A stretch of DNA of 28,888 nucleotides from a virus (lineage: Duplodnaviria > Caudoviricetes), in IMG/VR virus record IMGVR_UViG_3300030330_000848, positions 1 to 28,888 of that record; one strand, given 5' to 3'. Made by a program: the position numbers and the translations under genes. The number at the start of each line of letters is the position of its first letter. Positions within the stretch are counted from its first letter, which is position 1. The notes under the pieces are model-generated. The model was given only the letters and a program-made list of their open reading frames with translations, was not told the origin of the DNA and searched no databases. Shown piece by piece: positions 1 through 8,262 of the stretch.

Positions 1-453
1 ATCGGTGAATCTTCTGAAATCCTAGACCTAGGCGAAGAAAAAGAAGCTGAAGATGTTGAAGCATCTGAGGAAGAACTTTCTGAGGAAGTAGAATCTACAG
101 AAGAAGAACTTGCTGAAGAAGCAGACGTTGCTGATTGGGAAGGAATGGAAAAAAGAATTAAGAATCTTGAGGATGCTATTGCTGATTTAAAAGCAGACAA
201 AGTAGAAGCATCTGCTGAAGAATTATCTGAAGAAGAAGAAGTAGAAGAAGACAAAACAGAAATGTCTAGCGAAGTTATAGGTGAACTTATGACTCAAATC
301 GAAGATCTTAAAAGTAAAATAGTAGAACTAAGCGGAGAACCTGCAAGTGAGGGTATTGAATACAATCCTGAAGGTAGAACTTTTAACTCTACTATTGATT
401 TAACGAAGTTGTCTACTAAAGAACGGGCAGCATATTACATTAATAATAAATAA
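1..453 (+). CDS. Capsid scaffolding protein, 5'-truncated duplicate of 27896..28573
   Basis: Same sequence and frame as the C-terminal part of the 225-aa acidic ORF; the ATG at 145 is internal. Confidence 0.85.
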   Translation: MGESSEILDLGEEKEAEDVEASEEELSEEVESTEEELAEEADVADWEGMEKRIKNLEDAIADLKADKVEASAEELSEEEEVEEDKTEMSSEVIGELMTQIEDLKSKIVELSGEPASEGIEYNPEGRTFNSTIDLTKLSTKERAAYYINNK

Positions 454-768
454 TTTAAAAAATGGCAAATAACAAATATAATTTAAGTAAAGATTATCAG
501 TTTGACATAACCGTAACTGATAACACCTATGCAGGTAAATTAGCATTGCCTTATGTTACTGCTGCTGTAAAGTCACCTGATACTATAGCAAAAGGATATG
601 TAAGAACAATAGACGGTTTAAATTCAAAAGCTGTAATTTCTAACTTAGGTGTTTCTGATCCTGTAGTTGCTGCAGCTTGTTCATTCTCATCAGGAAATGA
701 CACTTCATTAACTGAGCAAGTTTTAACATTAACTGATATGAAAGTAAATGAAGAAATTTGTAGAGGAA
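1..768 (+). repeat. Left copy of 768-bp terminal redundancy / circular overlap
   Basis: 1..768 aligns without gaps to 28121..28888 with 6 substitutions (positions 9, 27, 75, 650, 659, 674); unit genome length 28,120 bp. Confidence 0.97.
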
Positions 769-1445
769 CAATCTTCCCAACTTGGATTGGTGAGAATATG
801 GACAGAAATGGAAATCTGCCAGGAACATTTGAGGACTTTTTATTATCATCAGTTGCTGCAAAAGCAGGTGCACATATAGAAAATATGATTTGGAAAGGTT
901 CTTCACCATTTGGAACAGGATTCTTATCTGATGACGGGACACAAGATGAAGCAGGTGCAGATGCAAGTCAATTAAAAGACTTTACAGAAGTTGATTTCGG
1001 TGATGCTTTAGCTGCTTCTGATATATTAACTGATATGGCTTCAGTATATGATGCAGCAGTTGGTATTGCAGGTTTGACATCTAAACCAGGCTTTGGTTTC
1101 TATATGAACTCTAAAACTTATGCTTTCTTAATTCAGGCACTAGCTAACGCAGGTTCTAATCAAGGTATTAACAGCTTGGGTGTTGCTCAATCATTTGAAG
1201 GTATTACTTACTTTGGATTCCCAATTTATGTATGCCCAGGAATGTTTGATGATGTTATCGTTGCAACATACAAAGAGAACTTAGTATTTGGAACTAACCT
1301 AGCTACAGATTGGACTGAAGCAAGAGTTATACCAACTTACCAATTTGATGGTTCTGACAATGTTAGAATCGTTATGAACTTTGCATTAGGAGTACAAGTT
1401 GGAGTTGCTGCTGATGGAGTTTACGGATCAACTGTTTGGTCTTAA
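462..1445 (+). CDS. Major capsid protein
   Basis: 327 aa, directly after protease and scaffold genes, followed by a terminator; HK97-like size and motif pattern (FYMN..T, G..YFGFPIYVCPGM). Confidence 0.85.
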   Translation: MANNKYNLSKDYQFDITVTDNTYAGKLALPYVTAAVKSPDTIAKGYVRTIDGLNSKAVISNLGVSDPVVAAACSFSSGNDTSLTEQVLTLTDMKVNEEICRGTIFPTWIGENMDRNGNLPGTFEDFLLSSVAAKAGAHIENMIWKGSSPFGTGFLSDDGTQDEAGADASQLKDFTEVDFGDALAASDILTDMASVYDAAVGIAGLTSKPGFGFYMNSKTYAFLIQALANAGSNQGINSLGVAQSFEGITYFGFPIYVCPGMFDDVIVATYKENLVFGTNLATDWTEARVIPTYQFDGSDNVRIVMNFALGVQVGVAADGVYGSTVWS

Positions 1446-1459
1446 TAGATACTTTAAAT

Positions 1460-1485
1460 GGGGAGTTGTAATATACTCCCCTTTT
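1460..1485 (+). terminator. Intrinsic terminator after the capsid gene
   Basis: GGGGAGT-TGTAATAT-ACTCCCC followed by TTTT. Confidence 0.8.
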
Positions 1486-1510
1486 ATTTAACTTTTTAAA
1501 TAATAATAAT

Positions 1511-2104
1511 ATGGCTTGTGATATTACAAGAGGACGTTTAATAGATTGTAAAGACAGTATTGGTGGTCTAAAAGCTATTTATATTGCTAAATCATACAGC
1601 AATAATGTATCTGCTGTTGCTAATATAAACACTACAGAAATGACTGAAGCGGGTTTTGCTACATGGTCTTGTTGCGGTGGTACTGTAGAAGTATTTAAAT
1701 ATGACCTAGTGCCAAACTTATCTAGTATGACTGTTAATATACAATCAGACAATGCTAATGGAACTACATTCTTCAATCAAACATTATCTGTGACACTACA
1801 AAAGATTGACCACGATATGACTAATGAGCTTAGGCTAATGGCATATTCAAGAGCTCAAATTTTTGTACAAGATGAGAATGACAATGTATTCTTATTAGGT
1901 ATTGATGGTGGTTGTCACGTAACAGGTGGTACTGTTGTAACAGGTGCTGCTAAAGGTGATTTAACAGGATATACAATAGAATGGGCAGCAGAAGAAAAGA
2001 ATGCGTTGATTCAGCTTCCTGCAAGTGCAGGTCCTGGTACTGCCAAATATCCATTTGATGGATTAGATGACGAAGATAATTTAACAATTACAGTTGGAAC
2101 TTAA
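1511..2104 (+). CDS. Probable major tail (tube) protein
   Basis: 197 aa beta-rich protein flanked by terminators; resembles the MAC..GGLK.IY structural family of Bacteroidota phages. Confidence 0.6.
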   Translation: MACDITRGRLIDCKDSIGGLKAIYIAKSYSNNVSAVANINTTEMTEAGFATWSCCGGTVEVFKYDLVPNLSSMTVNIQSDNANGTTFFNQTLSVTLQKIDHDMTNELRLMAYSRAQIFVQDENDNVFLLGIDGGCHVTGGTVVTGAAKGDLTGYTIEWAAEEKNALIQLPASAGPGTAKYPFDGLDDEDNLTITVGT

Positions 2105-2125
2105 TCGTTACTCTAAATAGAAAAG

Positions 2126-2151
2126 AAAAGGGGTTTTTTGCCCCTTTTTTT
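2126..2151 (+). terminator. Intrinsic (possibly bidirectional) terminator
   Basis: AAAAGGGG-TTTTTTG-CCCCTTTTTTT. Confidence 0.75.
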
Positions 2152-2161
2152 GTACACTAAA

Positions 2162-2188
2162 AAACAATAATGTAACTTTTATATTTAT
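2162..2188 (+). promoter_or_regulatory. Candidate late promoter AAACAA-N10-TTTATATTTAT, copy 1
   Basis: Exact bipartite motif, intergenic, just after a terminator; three further exact copies elsewhere. Confidence 0.75.
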
Positions 2189-2199
2189 AATAAACTACT

Positions 2200-2364
2200 A
2201 TGGCTTGGAAATTAAAAAAAGAATGGGAAGGTAAAAGTATTGATAGTATCAATATACCATTAAACGACTTAACACAAAAGCAAATTGCAGGACTAAGAGA
2301 AAGTGTTAGAGATAGACTATTTGTAAAAGAAACTAAAAAGAAAAAAGATGTTTCAAGTAAGTAG
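2200..2364 (+). CDS. Small hypothetical protein, 54 aa (MAWKLKKEWEGKSIDSINIPL...)
   Basis: Not in ORF track; ATG 11 nt after the promoter motif, fills the gap and overlaps the next start. Confidence 0.7.
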   Translation: MAWKLKKEWEGKSIDSINIPLNDLTQKQIAGLRESVRDRLFVKETKKKKDVSSK

Positions 2365-2827
2365 AGGTGCAATACAACCTTCACCGTTAGGTTTTTCGAA
2401 TACCTTCTATGTTAATACGTATGATAAATACGAGAATAAGGATAATATTCAATATAAACCTATAATAACATTCACTAGTCAAATGACAGGAAAATCAGTT
2501 AATATTGTGGCATCTACTTATGACTATGCTAATAAAGATAGATTTGTGAAAATAGATTTTATAATTAAAACTCAAGGATCAGAAGGTGCAGGATTTGTAG
2601 ATTTAGGTAATAAAGATTTTCCTTATGGTTTTTTTGATGTTACAATAAGAGAAAATACCTCAAACTCTTTACCTGGAGTAATTGACACTAGACCTGTTGT
2701 GTTTACGGGTTTAATGAATTTATCTTCAAGAGAAACAGGTGAAGCCTATGCCAACCCTGCTGTCACTTATACTGAATATACAACTAATGATTCAGACACA
2801 GAATCAGTATATATAACCAACGATTAA
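2348..2827 (+). CDS. Hypothetical protein, probably virion-associated
   Basis: 159 aa, beta-rich, between tail tube and portal genes. Confidence 0.6.
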   Translation: MFQVSRGAIQPSPLGFSNTFYVNTYDKYENKDNIQYKPIITFTSQMTGKSVNIVASTYDYANKDRFVKIDFIIKTQGSEGAGFVDLGNKDFPYGFFDVTIRENTSNSLPGVIDTRPVVFTGLMNLSSRETGEAYANPAVTYTEYTTNDSDTESVYITND

Positions 2828-2829
2828 TT

Positions 2830-4983
2830 ATGAAATTAGATTTAATAAAATTATCACATTACAATATACCGCACTTAGTAGAAGATTCAAGAAATGATTG
2901 GGTTTCTTTTGGTGAGGACAATTTATATCCAAACTACCTACTCGAATTATTTTTAGGTAGTGCTATTAATGGCGCTTTAATTAAGTCTATAGGTGCAATG
3001 ATTTATGGTGAAGGGTTAGCTGCTACAAATGCAGATGAATCAGAAAGCACAAAAGAATCATATTTACGATTAACAGAACTATTGCATAATTCAGATGATG
3101 ATGTACTAAAAGACCTAGCAATGGACTTAAAGCTATTTGGTGGCTGTTATGTTAATGTAATTTGGTCAAGGGATAGATCTAAGATTGCTAAGATGAAGCA
3201 CGTACCTGCTCAGTATATACGTTCAGGTAAAATGATTGACGGTGAAATAGATACATATTATTACAGTGCTAATTGGGCAAAACACAAAAAAGCAGAATAC
3301 AGACCACGTGCTTATGCAGCATTTAATACTGACGATAGAACACAAGCTAGTCAAATCTTAATGATTAGAGATAAAAACCCCGCTTTATTCTATGGGTTTG
3401 CACCTGATTATGTAGCTGCAACGGATTGGATTCAAATGGAATTAGAGATTGCTCAATTTCACTTATCTAATATTACAAGCGGTATGACTCCTAGTATGCA
3501 CGTTGGCTTCTCTAACGGTGTACCTACAGACGAAGAACGCAGAACTATAGAAAGACAACTAAATGCTAAATTTGCAGGTAGTGGAAATGCAGGTAAAATA
3601 CTAATCACTTTCAATGACGGAAAAGAAACAGCACCAATTATAGAACCTATCCAAATGAATGATGCACAAAGTGCTTGGGAAGGTATGTCAAAACAAGCCG
3701 TTAATCAAATCTTGGCGGGTCATAGAGTTACGTCACCTATATTATTTGGTATTAGAGCAGAAGGTGGTGGACTTGGAAATAATGCAGACGAATTGCGTGA
3801 TGCTTTTAGTTTATTTACAAATACAGTCGTAATACCCTTCCAGAACACGCTTTTAAAGGGTTTAGAGAAGATTTTTAGAGTTAATGATATAAACCTTGAT
3901 TTATACTTTAAATCGCTTAAACCTGCTGATTTCATTGATTTAGAAGTTACTAAGACACAATCAGAAGAAGATCAAGAGAAAGAAGGTGTTACAAAAGATG
4001 ATATAAATACAGACGAATTAAAGCAAGAATTTAAAGACCTTAAAGATATAGACACAAAGCCAACGCAAGGAATGATTGACGAAGCTATAAAGGGTTTAGA
4101 ATGGCGTAGAGAATACGGGCGTGGCGGAACTCAAGTTGCAGTTGCTCGTGCCACAAATATTAAGAACGGTGATAATCTATCTTTTGACACTATTTCACGT
4201 ATGAACAGTTTTTTTGCTAGACACGAAGTAGATAAAAAAGCAGAAGGTTTTTATCCTGGCGAAGAAGGTTATCCTTCAGCAGGACGAATCGCCTGGAGTT
4301 TATGGGGCGGAGATTCGGGACAATCTTGGGCAAAAAAAAAAGTAAAAGAAATAGAAGGTGTTAGAGCAGACCTTAGTGATGATGAATTTGATGATGTATT
4401 TGATGCTTTAGAAGGTGAACAAATAGATTTAAACAAATGGGAAATTGTAGATGAACAAGATTATGTAGAGGACTATGACGATTGGGCAGATAGCTTTATA
4501 GAGCCTAAAGAAATAAAAGATAAATTTGCAGACGAAATAGTTAGCAAAGAGGATAAATTTAGCTACTTAGATAAATCATATTATAGAGTTAGATTTAAGT
4601 ATATTAAAAAGAGTAGAAAACCAAGCAAGTCTACTAGAACATTTTGCAAGAATATGATGCGTTTAAGCAGTGCAGGATTTGTATATAGAATTGAAGATAT
4701 TGATGCAGCTAGTAGAGCAGGGGTGAATAAGCAACTAGGACATAAAGGACGTCCTTACGATTTATTTCGCTTTAAAGGTGGGGTGTATTGTCGCCACGCC
4801 TGGAAGGTGATTCTATATAGATTAAAAGAAGGCACAGAATTAAAAGACGGTCAAAGTATGGACGATTATAAAAAGACGGATAGCATACCTAAAACATACA
4901 CACCAAGACCAAGAGGAATAAAAGATGCAGTAATAGCACCTGAGAATATGCCAAACAGAGGACATTATCCAGGCGTAAAATAA
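2830..4983 (+). CDS. Portal protein with C-terminal extension (uncharacterised LWGG domain plus MuF/gp7-like domain)
   Basis: N-terminal ~365 aa has portal motifs (G.GNAGKILI, ILAGHRVTSPILFG); then SFFARHE..IAWSLWGG domain; then TRTFC...KGGVYCRHAW. Confidence 0.85.
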   Translation: MKLDLIKLSHYNIPHLVEDSRNDWVSFGEDNLYPNYLLELFLGSAINGALIKSIGAMIYGEGLAATNADESESTKESYLRLTELLHNSDDDVLKDLAMDLKLFGGCYVNVIWSRDRSKIAKMKHVPAQYIRSGKMIDGEIDTYYYSANWAKHKKAEYRPRAYAAFNTDDRTQASQILMIRDKNPALFYGFAPDYVAATDWIQMELEIAQFHLSNITSGMTPSMHVGFSNGVPTDEERRTIERQLNAKFAGSGNAGKILITFNDGKETAPIIEPIQMNDAQSAWEGMSKQAVNQILAGHRVTSPILFGIRAEGGGLGNNADELRDAFSLFTNTVVIPFQNTLLKGLEKIFRVNDINLDLYFKSLKPADFIDLEVTKTQSEEDQEKEGVTKDDINTDELKQEFKDLKDIDTKPTQGMIDEAIKGLEWRREYGRGGTQVAVARATNIKNGDNLSFDTISRMNSFFARHEVDKKAEGFYPGEEGYPSAGRIAWSLWGGDSGQSWAKKKVKEIEGVRADLSDDEFDDVFDALEGEQIDLNKWEIVDEQDYVEDYDDWADSFIEPKEIKDKFADEIVSKEDKFSYLDKSYYRVRFKYIKKSRKPSKSTRTFCKNMMRLSSAGFVYRIEDIDAASRAGVNKQLGHKGRPYDLFRFKGGVYCRHAWKVILYRLKEGTELKDGQSMDDYKKTDSIPKTYTPRPRGIKDAVIAPENMPNRGHYPGVK

Positions 4984-4991
4984 ATTAAAAT

Positions 4992-5576
4992 ATGGCAATA
5001 CAACACACATTATTTATATCAGCAACAAGATTAAAAAAAGATACAGCATTAGGCGGCTCAGTAGATGACAACCTGATTATGCCATATATACTATTGGCAC
5101 AGGATATGAACATTCTTCCTGTACTTGGAACTGATTTATATGAAGCACTAAAAACTAAAATACAAGGCGATACTTTAACGGGTGATTATAAGACCTTAAT
5201 GGAAACTTATATACAACCTGCACTTGTACAATTTGCGTTTGCACAATTAGCACCATATTTAAGGCTAAGATTTGTAAATAATGCAGTTGTAGTTATGGGT
5301 GCTACAGAACAATCCTCTAGTGCAACGTATGAAGATATTAAGCCACTAATGGACACAGCTACAGATGCAGCACAGTTTTATAGACAAAGATTAATAGATT
5401 ACTTAACTGACAAAGGAAGTGCAGCATTTCCAGAATATGCGAGTAATAATGATGCAGGTGAAATGTCACCAACGGTGCGTAACTACTATGCAGGATTGAA
5501 TTTAGATGTAGCACCATTAAGCAATAGAATGAAAAGTTTTTTACAAGGGGCAAATATTACAACGTATGACTGTTAA
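4992..5576 (+). CDS. Putative head-tail adaptor/connector
   Basis: 194 aa helical protein directly after portal; I..AQD..I.PVLG..LY pattern recalls DUF6712-like Bacteroidota phage proteins. Confidence 0.5.
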   Translation: MAIQHTLFISATRLKKDTALGGSVDDNLIMPYILLAQDMNILPVLGTDLYEALKTKIQGDTLTGDYKTLMETYIQPALVQFAFAQLAPYLRLRFVNNAVVVMGATEQSSSATYEDIKPLMDTATDAAQFYRQRLIDYLTDKGSAAFPEYASNNDAGEMSPTVRNYYAGLNLDVAPLSNRMKSFLQGANITTYDC

Positions 5577-5697
5577 AAGAAGAAAATATCCTAGCAGCTT
5601 AGAAAACTTTAAAAAGCTAAAAAATTATATTAAAAAATTAAAAAATGGCAGGACAAAGATTAACCGACAAGACAGCACTAGAAAATCACACGGGTAG
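5566..5697 (+). CDS. Possible small basic protein, 43 aa (MTVKRRKYPSSLENFKKLKNY...)
   Basis: Fills the gap between 5576 and 5645 and overlaps both neighbours; not in ORF track. Confidence 0.4.
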   Translation: MTVKRRKYPSSLENFKKLKNYIKKLKNGRTKINRQDSTRKSHG

Positions 5698-6190
5698 TGG
5701 TGATTTATATATGGTAGTGGACGTTAGTGACACTACAGGATCCGCAGAAGGGACCTCTAAGAAAATAGATTCAAAATTTGTTATTCAAACAGATAAAATA
5801 TCAGTAACAAGTGCTGAGTTTCAAGCTATGGATGCAACAGGTGGTGCAGGTACTTTTAGAACTCTAGCAAATGGTCCTGGTGCAGGTTATGGTTTTATAC
5901 TTTTATCTGCTGTAGTCTGTGGGAAATATGTTTCTTCTACTGATTCAGCTAATAAAAGTTTGTTTGTTGGTTATGATTCAAGTTCTTCAACACATTATTG
6001 GGGAACAGCAGGGCGATTCATGTCGGGTGTAACAGCAGATAGAAGCTATAATATGAAATATGTTGCTAGTACAACAGCAATGGTGGATTCAGGAATAGAC
6101 AACAAACCTTTATTATTATGGAGTAATGGCAATTTCAATGGTGACTTTACAGCAGATGTATATATAACATATCAAGTAGTGCAATTATGA
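5645..6190 (+). CDS. Putative virion fibre/decoration protein
   Basis: N-terminal RLTDKT..D..MVVDVSD...TSKKI segment resembles fibre-attachment motifs; Ser/Thr/Gly-rich beta domain follows. Confidence 0.45.
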   Translation: MAGQRLTDKTALENHTGSGDLYMVVDVSDTTGSAEGTSKKIDSKFVIQTDKISVTSAEFQAMDATGGAGTFRTLANGPGAGYGFILLSAVVCGKYVSSTDSANKSLFVGYDSSSSTHYWGTAGRFMSGVTADRSYNMKYVASTTAMVDSGIDNKPLLLWSNGNFNGDFTADVYITYQVVQL

Positions 6191-7197
6191 TAAGATTTAT
6201 ATTAATATTACTGCCCTTTTTAGGATTTAGTCAAGGTAGCTTTTTTAAGTATGCTACATTTTATACGTCTATGAGTATGAACACAAGTATGGTCGAGAAT
6301 CAAAACTATATAGCTATAGATAAAGGTTATGAAGATGTCACAAAAGTTAATCCATACGACTACAATTTAACACTAGGTTTAAGAAAAATAGCAAGATTTG
6401 ATTATGAATATAAGGTTAAGACATGGTACTATGGTACTGAGAAAAATGTTAGTGATAATGTTACTATTGGCAATAGCGTTGGTTGGGAGTATTTATTTAA
6501 TTATTCATTTATTCGTCATCGTGGTAGCAAGTTCACTAACCAGGATTTTTGGCTAAGATATTTAGGCAATAAATGTGTAACTAAAATACAACTTAAAAAT
6601 GATGAAAGACGTAATATGGAATTTATATCGTTTGATACAAGGTATAGATTGCAAAAAGGCAACTTTGATTTTACATTGGGTGGTTTGGTTCGTCAGCACC
6701 CTGTTTATCATATCCTTCCTATTGAAGATTTTTGGGTAAGTGGTGAAAATACCTTTAACGATCTAGCAGAAGATTTTGGATATTCAACGCAATATGTTAA
6801 TGGCAATTGGCATTGGTTTAATAATGGTCAATTAATAGCAACGTCAAATGATGAGTTCTACAAGCATTATTTTGGTCAAGCTATAGCAAACTATAACCAA
6901 GAGCAATTAAACGCCTTAGGTAGCGTTTATGAACTTTCTGTGGCTATTGGAGTGGCGTACTACAAATACCATAATAATGCTTGGCTACATACTTGGGTAA
7001 ATATAATGCCTTTGCACTATGGTTTAAGTGAGTATAGTTTTGAATATGAAGGTGCAGGTTTAGACCTTGATGCAGGTATTGTAGCAGGTCTTAGAGTTAC
7101 TAAGCACTTAGGTTTATTTGTAGAAGGCACATATTTAAACTATTGGGAGAAGCCAATATATGAGTGCAAGTTTGGATTTAACTATTTAATATTTTAA
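6187..7197 (+). CDS. Putative outer-membrane beta-barrel protein
   Basis: Signal peptide MIRFILILLPFLGFS|Q, aromatic-rich alternating strands, C-terminus CKFGFNYLIF resembling a BAM beta-signal. Confidence 0.75.
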   Translation: MIRFILILLPFLGFSQGSFFKYATFYTSMSMNTSMVENQNYIAIDKGYEDVTKVNPYDYNLTLGLRKIARFDYEYKVKTWYYGTEKNVSDNVTIGNSVGWEYLFNYSFIRHRGSKFTNQDFWLRYLGNKCVTKIQLKNDERRNMEFISFDTRYRLQKGNFDFTLGGLVRQHPVYHILPIEDFWVSGENTFNDLAEDFGYSTQYVNGNWHWFNNGQLIATSNDEFYKHYFGQAIANYNQEQLNALGSVYELSVAIGVAYYKYHNNAWLHTWVNIMPLHYGLSEYSFEYEGAGLDLDAGIVAGLRVTKHLGLFVEGTYLNYWEKPIYECKFGFNYLIF

Positions 7198-7199
7198 CA

Positions 7200-7748
7200 A
7201 TGAACAGAATAATTACATTACTATTTATAACATCATTTTCATTTGGACAAGGGTATGACTTTCAACAACTATGCTTAGATTGCGTAGAACAAAATGGGTT
7301 TTTCTGTGGTGATGACCCTGCTAATTGGACTCAATACGCACCAAACGGCTGTGTTCCTAATGGTGAAGGTGGTTTGTTTTACCTTAATGACGGTTGGGAA
7401 GATTGTGTAGACGGCTCAGACGAAAATGGTGCTGTTCCTACAACACCAGAAGAATGTGGACCACCCCCTCAAGAATGTGACACAATATTTGAAATAGAAT
7501 ACATTTACGAAACAGTTATTGAATATGTAGATGTTATTATTTATGACACTATAATAGAAACAGAATATGTGGAAATATTTACTCAAGAATATATTGATTG
7601 CGTAACGGGATTGCCTTGTAATACAGGCATAGAAGAAATTATAGACAATTCAAATAATAAAGGCTTAATGTACAACCTTAATGGACAGCACATTAGAAAG
7701 CCTGAAAGTATATATATAGAAAATGGTCAAATTAAAAAAGTATTATAA
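7200..7748 (+). CDS. Secreted protein with LDL-receptor class A-like module and short T9SS CTD-like tail
   Basis: Signal MNRIITLLFITSFSFG|Q; FFC...GCVP...NDGWEDCVDGSDE; C-terminal TGIEE..MYNLNGQ..SIYIENGQIKKVL. Confidence 0.7.
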   Translation: MNRIITLLFITSFSFGQGYDFQQLCLDCVEQNGFFCGDDPANWTQYAPNGCVPNGEGGLFYLNDGWEDCVDGSDENGAVPTTPEECGPPPQECDTIFEIEYIYETVIEYVDVIIYDTIIETEYVEIFTQEYIDCVTGLPCNTGIEEIIDNSNNKGLMYNLNGQHIRKPESIYIENGQIKKVL

Positions 7749-7981
7749 TGAATATATTTAAAGACGATAACAATTGGAATGAAAAGGCAATAATTGGTTT
7801 TGTTGCTTTTATAATAATGTGTATAATAATGATAGCTGATTTGCTTACAGGTTGGTTTGGACAAGACCTTGTTATAAATGAATTTGTTTATGATTCATTT
7901 GTCTGGGTAGTATTAGGGTGTTTTGGTATTAGTGGAGTAGAAAAGTTCTCAGGTAAAAAATGTGATAAATCTTGTAAATAA
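7748..7981 (+). CDS. Small two-TM membrane protein (holin-like)
   Basis: 77 aa, two hydrophobic segments, basic C-terminus, upstream of endolysin. Confidence 0.6.
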   Translation: MNIFKDDNNWNEKAIIGFVAFIIMCIIMIADLLTGWFGQDLVINEFVYDSFVWVVLGCFGISGVEKFSGKKCDKSCK

Positions 7982-8262
7982 TGAAAGAACTTTCAGAAGA
8001 TTCTAAATTTGAAATAAGCCTAAAGACATTAGGCGGAATAGGTTTTTTAATAGCAACACTAGTAGGTATGTGGTTTAGCCTTAATGCTTCTATAGATGAA
8101 GCAAAGCTATTGCCATTACCACCTGAGCCTGAAGTTACTAAGTTAGAGTTTGACATGAAAGATCAGATGATACGTGCCACTATAATGACAACGCAAGAGG
8201 ACGTTACAGAAATAAAAGAGGACATCAAATACCTTAGAGATAAAATAGACAAAATGCAATGA
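7981..8262 (+). CDS. Single-TM protein with Pro-rich linker and C-terminal coiled coil
   Basis: TLGGIGFLIATLVGMWFSL, then LPLPPEP, then heptads VTEIKEDIKYLRDKIDKM. Confidence 0.65.
   Translation: MKELSEDSKFEISLKTLGGIGFLIATLVGMWFSLNASIDEAKLLPLPPEPEVTKLEFDMKDQMIRATIMTTQEDVTEIKEDIKYLRDKIDKMQ

Noticed and set aside
145-453. 102-aa ORF as an independent gene
   Set aside because: It is the 3' part of the scaffold gene duplicated by the terminal redundancy
4331-4341. A10 run in the portal gene as a frameshift or phase-variation site
   Set aside because: The frame stays open through the MuF-like domain (WAKKKVK) and no useful alternative frame is evident
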